A stretch of 64,000 nt of DNA from positions 32,736,001-32,800,000 of the forward strand of contig NC_043007.1 in assembly GCF_006345805.1 (NCBI RefSeq). Reading direction: 5' to 3'. Of this stretch, positions 1-13,021 are shown in pieces. This stretch comes from Octopus sinensis. Lineage: Eukaryota. The translations under genes and the position numbers were made by a program. Numbering within the stretch: the first letter of the stretch is position 1; each line of letters starts with the position of its first letter. The notes beneath the pieces were generated by a model. The model searched no databases, was not told where the DNA came from, and saw only the letters and a program-made list of their open reading frames with translations.

Positions 1-563
1 GTTGTTAAAAATATAGGGAACCGTTGTCTAGAAATAAGATAATCTTTTATTATTTACTCACAGCTGAGTCGGCGTTAGCCGGCACTTGGAGTTTTGCATT
101 GGGTCAGTTAGATATACCTAATAATGTCTAAATGGTTATCGACCGGGTTCCATACGGTCCTTGACCGTCTATATAAGATTTTTTTGGAGGTCAACGTGAG
201 CCAAATAGTAAATTGGGGATCCACATTTTAAGGGGACCTGAAAATTTATTGTCTTAGATGTATGTATTGGTATGCATTGCAAGGGACAGTTAGGGTTCTT
301 TATCCAGCAGTTCAACCTAAACAACCTAAACAAGTTCATGAGTGAGAAACAAAATAGGACTTTTGAAAAGAAGTAGCTATAAAACGAATGGCTACGGGAG
401 GGTCCACCAGAATAAAGGGGTCCATAGATAACAAAGGAAAAAAACCCCTGGTCTAAAGAAAAGACGGGTGACCATTTTATCTCTGATGACCACGACTGAC
501 CAGGATACAGCAGAAACAGCGGCAATAGGCAACAAAAATAACAACAATATAATAATAATAATA

Positions 564-605
<42 letters not shown>

Positions 606-859
606 TGATGGTTTCGTTTATTTGCCACAAGGGCGAATGATGAGGGAACAGCACGGAATATTACGATGATGGAAGTTATTCTGCGAAGAGAAATAAAGAA
701 AGCTAAAACATTTTACTCACCATTTCTGTTCGTAGTGAGTGAGTTTTTTCTGTTTTGTGTGTAAAAAAGTATTTCTCGTATAAAAAGCTTCACTGAGGAA
801 TATCGCTTCACTCGACAAATATGTAATGTAAGTCTCGGCTAATATCAATTGGGGGGGAT

Positions 860-2060
860 GAACGTGGCGGCGGCGACGGTGGTGGTGGTGGTGGAGGTAG
901 GAAGAGGCAGAGGAGGAGGAGGAGATTTCGTGAGGTAGAGGTAGATATGGTGGTAGTGTTGGTGGTGTTGATGGTGGAGATAGTGAATTTCTAGTAGTGG
1001 TGAAGGCGCAGACAGTGAAATGGTGGTGGTGGTGGTGGTGGTGGTGGTGGTGGTGAAGATGGTGATGTAGCAGTGGAGATGGGGAAGACGGTGGAGACAG
1101 AGAAATGGTGGTAGTGGTGGTGGTGGTGGTGGTGGTGGAGATAGTGAATTTTTAGTGGTGGTGGTGAAGGCGCAGATAGTGAAATGGTGGTGGTGGTGGT
1201 GGTGGTGGTGGTGGTGGTGAAGATGGTGATGTAGTAGTAAAGATGGGGAAGACGGTGGAGACAGAGAAATGGTGGTGGTGGTAGTGGTGTCGGCGTTGGT
1301 GGTGGTGGTAGTGGTGGTGGTGGTGGTGGTGGTGGTAGGAGTTGGTGTTGTTGTTGGTGGTGGTGGTTGCGATGCAGATAGTAAAGAGTAAAGAATGAAA
1401 GAGGTGGTAGTGGTATGATGATGATGATGGCGGTGGTGATGGTAGTGGTGGTGGTGGTGATAATGATGATGAAGATGGTGGTGGTAATGTTGTTGGTGGT
1501 GGCGGTGGTAGTAGTGATGATGATGATGATAATGATGGTGGTGGTGGTGATGAGGATAATGGAGATGGTAATGGTGGTGGTGGTGGTGGTGATGGTAGCA
1601 GTAATAGTTATAGTACTAATGGCGGTGAAGGTGTGGTGCTAATGGGAGCGATGGCGGTGGTGGCGGTGGTGGCGGCGGTTTAAAGGTGTGTGAAGCGACA
1701 GGCAGAAGCTGGGGCGGGGTGGGGGGCTGGCGGTGGTGGTGCAGGTGATGTTGGTGAAGATAGAGTTCACGGTAGGGGGTAGTATGTTGTGTGTGCAGTG
1801 GTGGTGGTAGCGGGGGTATGTTGTGTAGGGGTGATGTAACGGCGGGGGTGGGGGAGTTTCTGCACGGTGCTGATGGGAGGAAGTTTCCTGAAAATAATGG
1901 TAACATAGACCTGTGATGATGATGATGATGATGATGATAGTGATGATCTGGTGGTGGTGGTGGTGGTGGTGGTGATTATGATGATGGTGGTGGTGGTGGT
2001 GGTTTTAGTGGTGGCATTGCTTGTGGTGATGATGACGATGATGATGATGGTGATGACCAC
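860..2060. repeat. (GGT/GAT)n low-complexity tract with a ~160-bp tandem duplication (977-1290)
   Basis: GGAGATAGTGAATTT..GAAGGCGCAGA.AGTGAAATGG...GGGGAAGACGGTGGAGACAGAGAAATGG occurs twice. Confidence 0.9.
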
Positions 2061-2249
2061 AGCTCTCGAGATGAAACTAGATGAAAAAAAATCATTTAGT
2101 GATTATTTCTATAAAAGCTTTCATACCTATACGAATTTATATAAGAAAATTCGGAAGTAAAGTATGAAGAAAAGACATTAGAAATCTTAGGGAAAAAAAT
2201 TCCAATTAAAGGACGAACATACATTCATCCGATAATATATATATATATA

Positions 2250-2390
2250 TATATAGTAGGAATTTACCAGTTAAACCAAATCAAAAGATGAAGACGGGTT
2301 TGTAAACAACAAACAGATGTATTAGTTTAACGCTAGTAAAGTAAGAAAGTCTTTCACGTTTCGAGCCTACGCTCTTCAACACAATATAAG
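2250..2390 (-). mobile_element. Short repeat with degenerate hammerhead motif (2356-2382)
   Basis: GUGUUGAA-GAGC-GUAG-GCUC-GAAA-CGUG; two core substitutions and G at the cleavage position. Confidence 0.45.
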
Positions 2391-2844
2391 CAGAGAGAGG
2401 AACTAAAAAAAAAAGTTTAGTAGTGGCTAGCGATCAATCATAGCAAATGCCGGACAGAGGTGGTCAGACAGGAGAGCTAGGAAGAAGGGGAGATAAAAAA
2501 GTAGTGGTGATCCCAAAACGAAGGTGCGTGTGTATGTGGGAGCGTGTATGGGCATGTGGATAGAGGCTGGTGACCTTGACGTGTGTATGTGTGCATGTGT
2601 AGGTGTGTGGATGATGGTGTGGGATGGTGTATACACATATATAACAACAGCAACAGCAACTGCAGCAGTAGCAGTGGTAGTAACAACAACAACAAAAACT
2701 CGTGTACATATGCCTAATGCACTAAGCGGTCTTTTGATAAATCGTTTACGTTAATATATGTTGATGTGTCTGTACGGGATATTGCCACGTGGCAGGACGT
2801 CTTCGCAGGGAACTTGGATGGCGGTGGTGGTAGAAGCGAGTGGT

Positions 2845-2919
<75 letters not shown>

Positions 2920-3056
2920 GATATATGTATATCAAACCTTCTGTATGTCTTTCTCTTTCATATGTATATATATATATATACTCTTTTACTCTTTACTTGT
3001 TTCAGTCATTTTGACTGCGCCATGCTGGAGCACCACCTTTATATATAGTGTATATA

Positions 3057-3108
<52 letters not shown>

Positions 3109-3174
3109 AAATAATATATATATATTTATATATGTATATATATGTATTATATATATATATGTGTGTGTGTGGTG

Positions 3175-3224
<50 letters not shown>

Positions 3225-3287
3225 TAATATATATATAATATATATATATGTATATATATATATATAATATATATATATATATATGTA

Positions 3288-3327
<40 letters not shown>

Positions 3328-4138
3328 GAGAAAGACAAACGAGGTTTGATAGAAAGAGAAAAAAGACAAGACTGAAAGGAAATGAGTAAGGAAACATGTT
3401 TGAACAGTGGTGATGGTGGTGGTGGGGGTGGGGGTGTAGGAGGTGATAGTGGCATTGGTGCTGGTGGGGGTGGCAGTGGCGGAGGTGGGTATAGGTAGAA
3501 CTTTTGAATCCTTTGATTGCCTAACTCTAAACGATCAGGCAGAAGGTGTGACGATGACGACGACGAAGAGGAGGAGGAGGAGGAGGAGGAGGGGAAGAAG
3601 ACCGCAGAGAATGGAAGGGTAGCGAAGTGAGGAGGTGGGGGGGGGGTAGAAGAGTAGTGGGAAGAGAAGGTAAGTAATGGTAATGCATGTAAATTGCAAA
3701 GGGTGCTTCGGAAGGAATGGTAAGGAAGAACTGAAGATAAGCGAGGGTGGGAGGGCTGGAGGGAGGGAGGGAGGGGAGGGAGTGGAGGAGGTCGGTGCCT
3801 CAGGGAAAAAAATTAAGTAACAAAATGAAGGGACAGATGTAGGGAAAATAATAGCAGGACGAGCTGGGTGGCGGGGGGGGGACCAAAAAGGAGACCATAA
3901 ATGGCAGGGGGAAAATGAGACGGATTTTATGAGATCCAGAGTTCTTATTGTTAACCTCTTTCGTTAAAAAAATACTTTATATTCCTAACTACAAAGTAAT
4001 TAAACAATGATATGAGCATGCTGTTCATTTTTAGGTTGATTATCAATATATTTAATACATGCCTCCCTTCCACCCCTTTCCTTCCAACCTCTCCCCACCC
4101 TCAGCGCCTTTCGGCCCCTCCCTTCATCCATCAATACA

Positions 4139-4808
4139 TACACATAATGTGATACACACACACATACACAACATACGCGCACACGTACTAGTGCTAACAC
4201 GCTATCTATAATTAGTGCAGGTTCTCTGTGTGTGTGTATATGCACGCGCGTATATATATATATGGATGGAAGCACTCCCCGTCGTTACGACGACGAGGGT
4301 TCCGGTTGATCCGAATCACGGACAGCCTGCTCGTGAAATTAAACGTGTAAGTGCTGAGCACTCCACAGACACGTGTACCCTTAATGTAGTTCTCGGGGAT
4401 ATCAGCATGACACAGAGAGTGACAAGGCCGGCCCTTTGAAATACAGGTACAACAGAACAGGAAGTAAGAGTGAGAGAAAGTTGTGCGAAAGAGTACAGCA
4501 GGGATCACCACCATCCCCTGCCGGAGCTTCGTGGAGCTTTAGGTGTTTTCGCTCAATAAACACTCACAACGCCCGGTCTGGGAATCGAAACCGCGATCCT
4601 ATGACCGCGAGTCCGCTGCCCTAACCACTGGGCCATTGCGCCTCCACTATGTATATATATAACCGACGGAGTGCTTCCATCCATATATATATATACGCGC
4701 GTGCACATACACACACACAGAGAACCTGCACTAATTATAGATAGCGTGTTAGCACTAGTACGTGTGCGCGTATGTTTGTGTATGTGTGTGTGTATCACAT
4801 TATGTGTA
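4139..4808. repeat. ~145-bp near-perfect inverted repeat (4139-4284 / 4661-4808) enclosing a SINE
   Basis: Arms are reverse complements; the ORF track gives the same peptide MLPSIYIYTRVHIHTHREPALIIDSVLALVRVRVC on both strands. Confidence 0.93.
4285..4646 (-). mobile_element. SINE family C (tRNA-derived head GGAGGCGCAATGGCCCAGTGGTTAGGG...GGTTTCGATTCC)
   Basis: Box A/B head at 4570-4646; near-identical head in the 55670-55950 copy. Confidence 0.82.
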
Positions 4809-4868
4809 GATGTTTTATATATATATATATATATAAGGTATGTAAAAAATACACATGGACAAGAACGA

Positions 4869-4917
<49 letters not shown>

Positions 4918-5334
4918 GGAGTTAAGCACCGGTGTTATTCAAATTCATTTACTTCTGACACATGTTTCGAAGATATCACTGGTATTATTCCAAAGGAATA
5001 AAATGGTGTAAAACAATGTAATTTTCTCTTCAGAGAAGCCAAGAAATGAAACTCGTCTCTAAGTATTAATTGTTAACAAGGGAAAATACACACATCTATA
5101 TATGCTAAGCTGGGTAACATCAGTGGTGTAGAGAGGTGAGGCTGGTATGCATGGGTGACTGCTGGTCTTCCATAAGAACAACCTTGCCCGAACTTGTGCC
5201 TCGGAGGGAAACTTTCTAGTTGTAATCCCATGGTCATTCATGGCCGAAGGTGGCCCTTAGCCTTTGCCCGATCAGATCTTCAAAATCAAGCTTACATAAC
5301 ACAACAGCTTCATGTCGCAACCCATTTCTACAAC

Positions 5335-5463
5335 TCAGTGAAATTGTAGCAGCGTGAAATAAAATGTCTTGCTCAAGAACACAACACACAGCGCTGTCCG
5401 GGAATCGAACTCACAACCTGATGACTGTGAGGCCGACGCTCTAACCACTGAGCCATGCGCCTT
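5335..5463 (-). mobile_element. tRNA-derived SINE head with GTGTTCTTGAGCAAGACA domain; related copy 59140-59350
   Basis: GGCGCATGGCTCAGTGGTTAGAG box A, GAGTTCGATTCC box B. Confidence 0.7.
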
Positions 5464-5932
5464 CACAGGACCTGATCAAAGTCTTGGCAATTTAAAAAAC
5501 AGTAGAAAACTTTTCAAATATGAATAAAATGGAAATATGCAAAAATAAACATAATTTTCTTTCTTACAATTTGTTTTGTTTCATTTTGAAAATTAAAATT
5601 CATTTTATGGGATATTATTACTTATATTTTAAATTACACACACACACATACACACACACACACACACCACATACCCCCCCACACACACATACTCCCCCAC
5701 ACATATATATATACCAAATATATGCGTTTTATTTATTATTTTGCTCATTACTTAATCATCGGTATATTATTGTTATTTTATATTTAATATTTCTATTATA
5801 TGTAATTTTTTAGATGGTGTAATTTAATTGTTCATTTTGAATTGATAAAAGGTGTTTTTTTTTCTAATTTTTATATATATATTATATTTTGTGAAATTTG
5901 ATTTAGTATTTCTAAATTGAATTTTTCTCATG

Positions 5933-6005
<73 letters not shown>

Positions 6006-6493
6006 TATTATTATTATATATATATATATATATATATGGAGGCACCAAAATCTTTTAAGTGCTTAGGGCCTCTATGAGCCCTATTCAAGTCGTACGAACT
6101 TCCTAACCAAACAGCAAAAAATCCACCTTCTTAACCACACATACAGTTACGTACGCCATTTGTATGTGTACAGAAAGTACATTTTGTTTGTTTTCCTACG
6201 TCAACTGTAGATTCATTAACCGAACACTTTGGTTTCATTTACTACCTCGTAGACACAAAAAGAAAGAGTAGCTGTGATGTCGTTCGTGCAATGTATATAT
6301 ACTTTCCATTCATAATTCATGTAACTAAAAACGAAGTCACCCATATCTCGCTGTCTCTTCTTTCGCTTAGTTGTTTTTCTATCTGCCTGGAAATGTGTCT
6401 TTCTATCTACTTATTTATTCTCCATAAGATATATTTAAGATATAGGGCATTGAGCTTCTTCTAGATTACGTGTTCACAACGAATTTCTGTGGT

Positions 6494-6494
<1 letters not shown>

Positions 6495-6525
<31 letters not shown>

Positions 6526-6620
6526 ATATATATTATATATATATATCTATATATATATAATATAATATATATATATATTATATATATATATATATATATC
6601 TATATATATATATATATAAT

Positions 6621-6660
<40 letters not shown>

Positions 6661-6669
6661 ATATATATA

Positions 6670-6719
<50 letters not shown>

Positions 6720-6781
6720 TATATATATGTCTATATATATATATATATACATATGTATGTATGTATAGATATATAATATAT

Positions 6782-6819
<38 letters not shown>

Positions 6820-6835
6820 ATATACACACACACAC
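6495..6835. repeat. (TA)n tracts; similar at 2847-2915, 3045-3322, 24380-24600, 32190-32440, 34560-34675, 37665-37748
   Basis: Direct inspection. Confidence 0.97.
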
Positions 6836-7039
6836 ATATTTCACATATTTATATATGAAAAGGTCAAGACGCAACGAAATTTAGGAAAATAAAATAAGAA
6901 AAAAAAGTGAATTTCACCAGTGAGCGTATTACATTATAAGGCACAAAAAGAAATCTCTCCCCAGACACAACAGAATATGCTTCAACACACGAACTCATTT
7001 AAAAGAATCTTGCAACCAATCACAAAACACAAAACGAAA

Positions 7040-7435
7040 TATATGTATGTATGTATTTAGTGTATGTATGTAAGTATGTATGTATGATGTATATATGTTG
7101 TATGTATGTAGTATTTAGTATGTCTGTATGTATGTATTTATGTCTGTATGTATGTATGTATTTATGTATGTATGATGTTGTAATTAGATGTAATGTATGT
7201 ATAAATGTGTGTATGTATGTATGTATGTAGGTATATATGTATGTATGTATGTATGTTATATGTATGTATTTATGTATGTATTTTTATGTATGTATTTAAG
7301 TATGTATGTAATGATGTATGTAATGTATGTATAAATGTATGTATGTGTGTATGTATGTATGTATGTATGTATTTTGTATGTATGGTATGTATGTATGTAT
7401 GGTATGTATGTATGTATGTATGGTATGTATGTATC
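7040..7435. repeat. (TATG)n tract; (TACA)n also at 35850-36110 and (TATG)n at 36600-36660
   Basis: Direct inspection. Confidence 0.95.
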
Positions 7436-7484
7436 AAAGTAAAGTGTAAGATACAGCACGAGTTGAATATATATAAAAAGGTTT

Positions 7485-7823
7485 GAAATGCAATTTTAAA
7501 GATTTTTATTCACTTTACCGGTTTCACATTTTAAGAAAAAGATTGTCAAAAGTAAATTGTATAGTTTTGTATGAGCTTTGTATGTACTGGTTGTCACAAA
7601 AGAATTAAGATACAGTTATACATTCTTTGATAATAAGAAAATGTTAAAAACAGTTTCCAAGAAAGTATTTAAGAAAGTATTTAATGAAAATATTTTAATA
7701 GTTTTGTGACAACCAGTACTTAACAAAACAAAGCTTCTACAAAACTTTACAATTTACTTTTGACAATCGCTTTCTAAAAAAAATGAAACCGTCAAGTGAT
7801 AAACATTTTAAAATTGCATTTTC
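7485..7823. repeat. Imperfect fold-back element, ~120-bp arms, ~100-bp spacer
   Basis: GATTGTCAAAAGTAAATTGT and GTACTGGTTGTCACAAAA mirrored by TTTTGTGACAACCAGTAC and ACAATTTACTTTTGACAATC. Confidence 0.88.
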
Positions 7824-7841
7824 AATCTTTCATTATATATA

Positions 7842-7896
<55 letters not shown>

Positions 7897-10292
7897 GTAT
7901 GTTGTATGTATGTAATGTATATTCTTTTATTCTTTTACTTCTTTCAGTCATTCGACTGCGGCCATGCTGGAGCACCGCCTTTAGTCGAACAAATGAATCC
8001 CAGGACTTATTCTTTGTAAGTCTAGTTCTTATTCCATCTATAAAAATAGTCAAACTTTAAATCTCTGTTACATTTTTCTAAAATTTTTCTGGAATAAATG
8101 AATAACAAAGTAGGATTCAGTGAAAAAGGTAGCTCAATATACTTAATTTTAAAATGTCAAAATCTAAGACACCAACAGAAAAGATGTATATCACATTTTT
8201 CACTTTTCTCATAGTAAACTTCCCTCCTTTCTTTAGATTTTTACTACACACACACTCACTCTCTCTCTCTCTCTCTCTTAACGAGTTGTATCTATTTATA
8301 TGTATATGGTAGTTCTGATAAATATGGTAAATGCTCATGCAGAGAAAAATCAAAATGCCCACTGATGATCCTCTGTATGAGTACAAATCTTGTTTATAAA
8401 TGTATTGTGCACACAAGGAGAGGGCCGTAGAGTTACATTGGGCAGACGGCTGATTCATTTAAGAATTGTTATCGCAACCATGTCGTCATCTTCAAAAGAA
8501 TCAGTAAGAGACATTCAATTTTGGACAATTTTGTATGGCGACTGAAGGATGATAAAATTAAGTACAACATAACTTGGTTCATAGTAAGGCTGGCAAAACC
8601 AAACAATATCATTCCCAGGAGACGCCGTCTCTGCTCCGAGGAATCCCTGTGTATTCTGTTGATAAATACGATCATTAATAGAATGTCTGAAAGACTCTCA
8701 AGATGCCTACACGCATATGACTGTACTTTCGCACAGTGCAGTGGGAATGAATTTGAGTAACTGCTATCATAATTTACTTTCAGGTATGGATGAATTAAGT
8801 TTAGCTTTAACTTCCCCATCCTTATAAACACCAAGCAGCTATTTAACTCCCTTTGTGATCGTGTGTGCACCAAACCACACATGTGCATAAGCTTACATTT
8901 CACAGGTGCTTTTACGAGCAAGCGTACACGAGCCATGCAGCTTACGCGGGGGGCGTTTCTACATCCCTATCCGTTAATGGTTATTTTCAATATTTTTCTC
9001 GCTGCATTGCCTGTTCGTTTCTTTTTTGCTTCTGTGATTTTAATTTCAATCTTCTACATAAATGAAGATATTTCCTTCGTTTTGCTGCTTTTCTTTCTAC
9101 GAAATGAGAAGATAGATTGCGGAACTGTTATTTAAACGAGTTGCGTCTATTTATCACCCGATGAGACACATCTGCACCGCCGGATGCACACGAACGTTTG
9201 GTAAGTGATCTCACCCGTGAGGGATCGATACTAGATGTGTCGAAACAATTGCCGTGATTAATAAAAGATCTCGTATATTCCATCTTCCCTCTTTCATTTA
9301 CCACATAATATATACCATATAATATATATATGCATACATATTCCATATATGTGTGTGTGTGTGCGCTTATATGTACACACACGCACACCCATATGTCAGA
9401 TGCGTAGATAGGATCAGCGTGAAAGGAAATGCCTTGCTGAAAGGTACGACACGCCGCCCGATCTGGAATGGAATCTACAATTTCTTAATCGTGCCTCAAA
9501 TACACATACATACACTTTCACACATACATACATACATACATACATGCATACATACATACATACACACACACATGCATACATGCATACATACATGCATATA
9601 TAGAACATACACACTCACACACGCATACAGGTGGGTGTGTCTGCCTGTATATATGCGCAAATATCTCAAAATATGTTAATTATTTCACTTATAAATATAT
9701 ATACCTTGATAGTTATATGACGTTCACCTGTCTACAACGAAAACCGAACCTCTTCTTCCCCCTTTATCACATAGTTCCCATCCAACGATCTTGTTGCCAA
9801 ACTACGCAAATAATTAACCAGAATCAAAGAAGTGTGACAAGGAAAACCCTACAGCTGCAGTAGGTGCACTCAACCACATCTCAATTTGTTCACTCTACGT
9901 AAACATTGCATTGCTTATAATATAGAGCAAACGAATAAATCCCCTTGTAGATAAATACCATAAACGAAATACTTTAAACACATGCTTCCACTTAAACACA
10001 CCTGTCGACATAAGAATTTATGCGTAGATATTTGATCGGCCTGAAATAGTAACCAGATTTTCCTCAAATGCACAACGTACAAGATAGCAGAATATTTCTG
10101 TCTATGTTTCCATTTCGTGGCTGAGCATCGGGACCTCTGTTGCAGCGGCTGATACACTTCACATTCTGTGGCCTCGAGTTGACGTCCATACACTTCACAA
10201 TGAAAGTAGACAGAGACAAAAACAAGTATGTGACGAGAGGGAAGAGAAAAATAAAGGGGGCAGTGGAAATCTCACTGATAAGCACACACTTA

Positions 10293-10337
<45 letters not shown>

Positions 10338-10576
10338 ACACACCACAACACACTTTCGTATACATTCGATTCTTCTTCCAAGAAATCTAATGCTCGTAGC
10401 TTAGTTTTTCCTTGGGCTGCCGGATCGGAGATCTCAAGATTAATCCCGAAATTGCTGCGATGATCCGTTCTTGACTGAAGATTGAAGGCTTCGAATGTCC
10501 CGTCCGTTTTTTTTGTATCGTCTCTAAATGTTTTACGTTCTTGTCCCAGTTTGTATTTTTCTACATTAAATAATAA

Positions 10577-10610
<34 letters not shown>

Positions 10611-10784
10611 GTGGTGTGTGTTGTGTGTGTGTGTGTGTGTATGTTAACATATGAATTTAGCCACAGTATTATGGCGCAACAATAAAATTTGAAAATTTCC
10701 CTCTTCATTCTGGCGTTTTCGAACAAAACATAAACGCACACTCTAACACACACACAATACACACACACACACCACACACACACT

Positions 10785-10840
<56 letters not shown>

Positions 10841-11316
10841 CATGTACTCACACGCGCGTACATGCACGTATGGAAATGTACTTAAATATCGAACGCTGAT
10901 ACATTGAAAGTAAACGGAAATATCTCAGGCATACAAGTTTACCGTGTTTTACGTTATTTACTTATTTTCTGTTCCGCTGCAAAAGAAATTATATAGATGT
11001 ATACAGCTAATAATAATAATAATAATAATGATAAGGTTAGTCAGGAAAGAAAATGAAGGAATTGTTCTTTAGTTTCTTTTTATGCAGACACATAAAGTCT
11101 TCAGATTTCCCAAGGAAATGCAATGAAAAAACTTAAAGTTGAATAAAGTTGGATATTTACGTAATGTGTAAATATTATCCTTTATTTTCTTTATTGTATT
11201 TCATTTCATCCAATTTTTTTCATTTTCCTGGAAAATAAGAAAACTTTCTGAACTTGTATACAAATACAATGTGAGGGGACGTGACCTGGTGGTTAGCATG
11301 GTTAGGGTGTTGCAAT

Positions 11317-11347
<31 letters not shown>

Positions 11348-11826
11348 CACAAACGCGTGCGGGCGCTCACACACACACATACACTCACACACACACACAT
11401 ACAAGCACCCACGCGTGCACACACACATAACACACACACACAAACATACACACGCATAGACACACGTACATATGTGCGTGTATATGAGTGTATACATGTA
11501 CAAACACACACGCATACATAGAGATAAAAGTATATATATGCATATATATGTGTACGTGTCTGTGTATATGTATATATAATGTGTGTATATGTACATATAT
11601 GTATAAATATGCATATGTATATATATATGTTTGTATATGTATGTAAGTATGTAATATATATATATATTATATAATTTTTGTATATTATGTATATACATAT
11701 ATATGTATATATATATAATTCATATATATATACATACCATAATATATATATGCATATATATTATTTCATATATATAGTATTACATACATAACACATAACA
11801 TATTCACACACACACACACATATGTA

Positions 11827-12085
11827 TCTCTTATGATAAAAGGCAGATTTTATCTGCCTCCCACATAGTTTGTTTTTAATACAATTGTATGATTTTTCGA
11901 AGTAGATTCCATTGGGTCATGGCATATACATTTTTTTTCAATTTCACCCCCAATTCAGCAAAAATTCGAGAAAACTCAATATTTCACGATTTGCCTCTCT
12001 CATTTCAAATGCTTTACTCCTGCTATTACCACACTTTCTCCTACAGATCACACATTCTGTTACTTTCTCTTATTAATGCTTAAAC
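11827..12085 (+). mobile_element. Possible Helitron 5' fragment
   Basis: A|TCTCTTATGATAAAAGGC start resembling the 12412 terminus; no 3' end identified. Confidence 0.3.
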
Positions 12086-12411
12086 CAATCTTCAAAAGAA
12101 AAAAAAAAAGAAAACAGAGATCTGTCGCTAACTTTTGGTAGTATTCATTGGCGAGCGTACTTCAGTTGTCAATTGTTGAAAGAAAGAAATTGTAAGCTAA
12201 GAAGGTGTGTGTGTGTATGTGTGCGTGCGTGCGTGTGTGTGTGTGTGAGTGTGTGTGTGTGTGTAGGAAGTGAAGGATAAAAATATGGCAAGAAGTGGAC
12301 AGATGTACATATATACATACATCATACATTCATACATACATGTGTGTGTGTATGTGTGTGTATGTGTATGCGTGTGTATGTGTATGTAAGTGTATTAATG
12401 TGTGTGTGTTA

Positions 12412-12800
12412 TCTCTCTCTATATAAAGCTGAAGTTGTCTTGTGTGGCAGGTTTGGTAGCCTTCAACTAACACTATCTCCTCCGAGACCCTGCGGCGCAA
12501 GTTTGACCACAATGAGAGTATGATAGAAGAAGGCTTGCTCTTCCTTCCGTAGAAAGAAAAAATCAAATCGGACCATGTTAACACCAAAAAATATTTACAT
12601 CAAAAAGGTGCTTTTTTCTATGAAAATCCCAAATTTTACGATTTTTTGACTGCTGTGTCGCCACTTTTCGGTGTATTTCAACCAGAAAAATGTTCACGTA
12701 AAGAGAATAACAAGCTACATAATGCAAAATTTTTACTTTTCAAAAATTCCAATTCTAAAGGGTCGAAACAAACCCGAGCAACGCCGGGCGATACTGCTAG
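12412..12800 (+). mobile_element. Non-autonomous Helitron, apparently complete (~390 bp)
   Basis: A|TC start (TCTCTCTCTATATAAAGC), subterminal hairpin CCCGAGCAACGCCGGG, CTAG|T end, no TSD. Confidence 0.7.
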
Positions 12801-13021
12801 TGTATGTATATTCCACATTATTGTAATTCTGAGGCAAAGATAAATGTGACACATTGTGTGACATAACAGTAGGTGTATAATAAATCCGCACAGTTCCTGT
12901 CCAAACAATTTCACTCGGAACGCTTGGGTCACCCGAGTCAATGGCAAAAGACACTTGCCGAAGATGCTATGCTGTGGGATCGAACCCAAGAGGGAACTGA
13001 TCTTGTGATCACTGCTGTTGT

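Noticed and set aside
169-540. Unique-looking 3' part of ORF 169-654
   Set aside because: The ORF start derives from (ATT)n, no family was recognised and no convincing splice sites were seen.
3400-3900. G-rich polypurine tract with G-quadruplex potential
   Set aside because: Common low-complexity sequence in this genome; nothing specific supports a function.
4570-4646. tRNA gene (also 5385-5463, 55870-55950)
   Set aside because: Box A/B heads run into SINE bodies and are multicopy; they are SINE heads, not supportable tRNAs.
9205-9270. Hammerhead-like GTGAGG...GTCGAAACAATTG followed by AATAAA
   Set aside because: No CUGANGA box, no convincing stem II and no NUH site.
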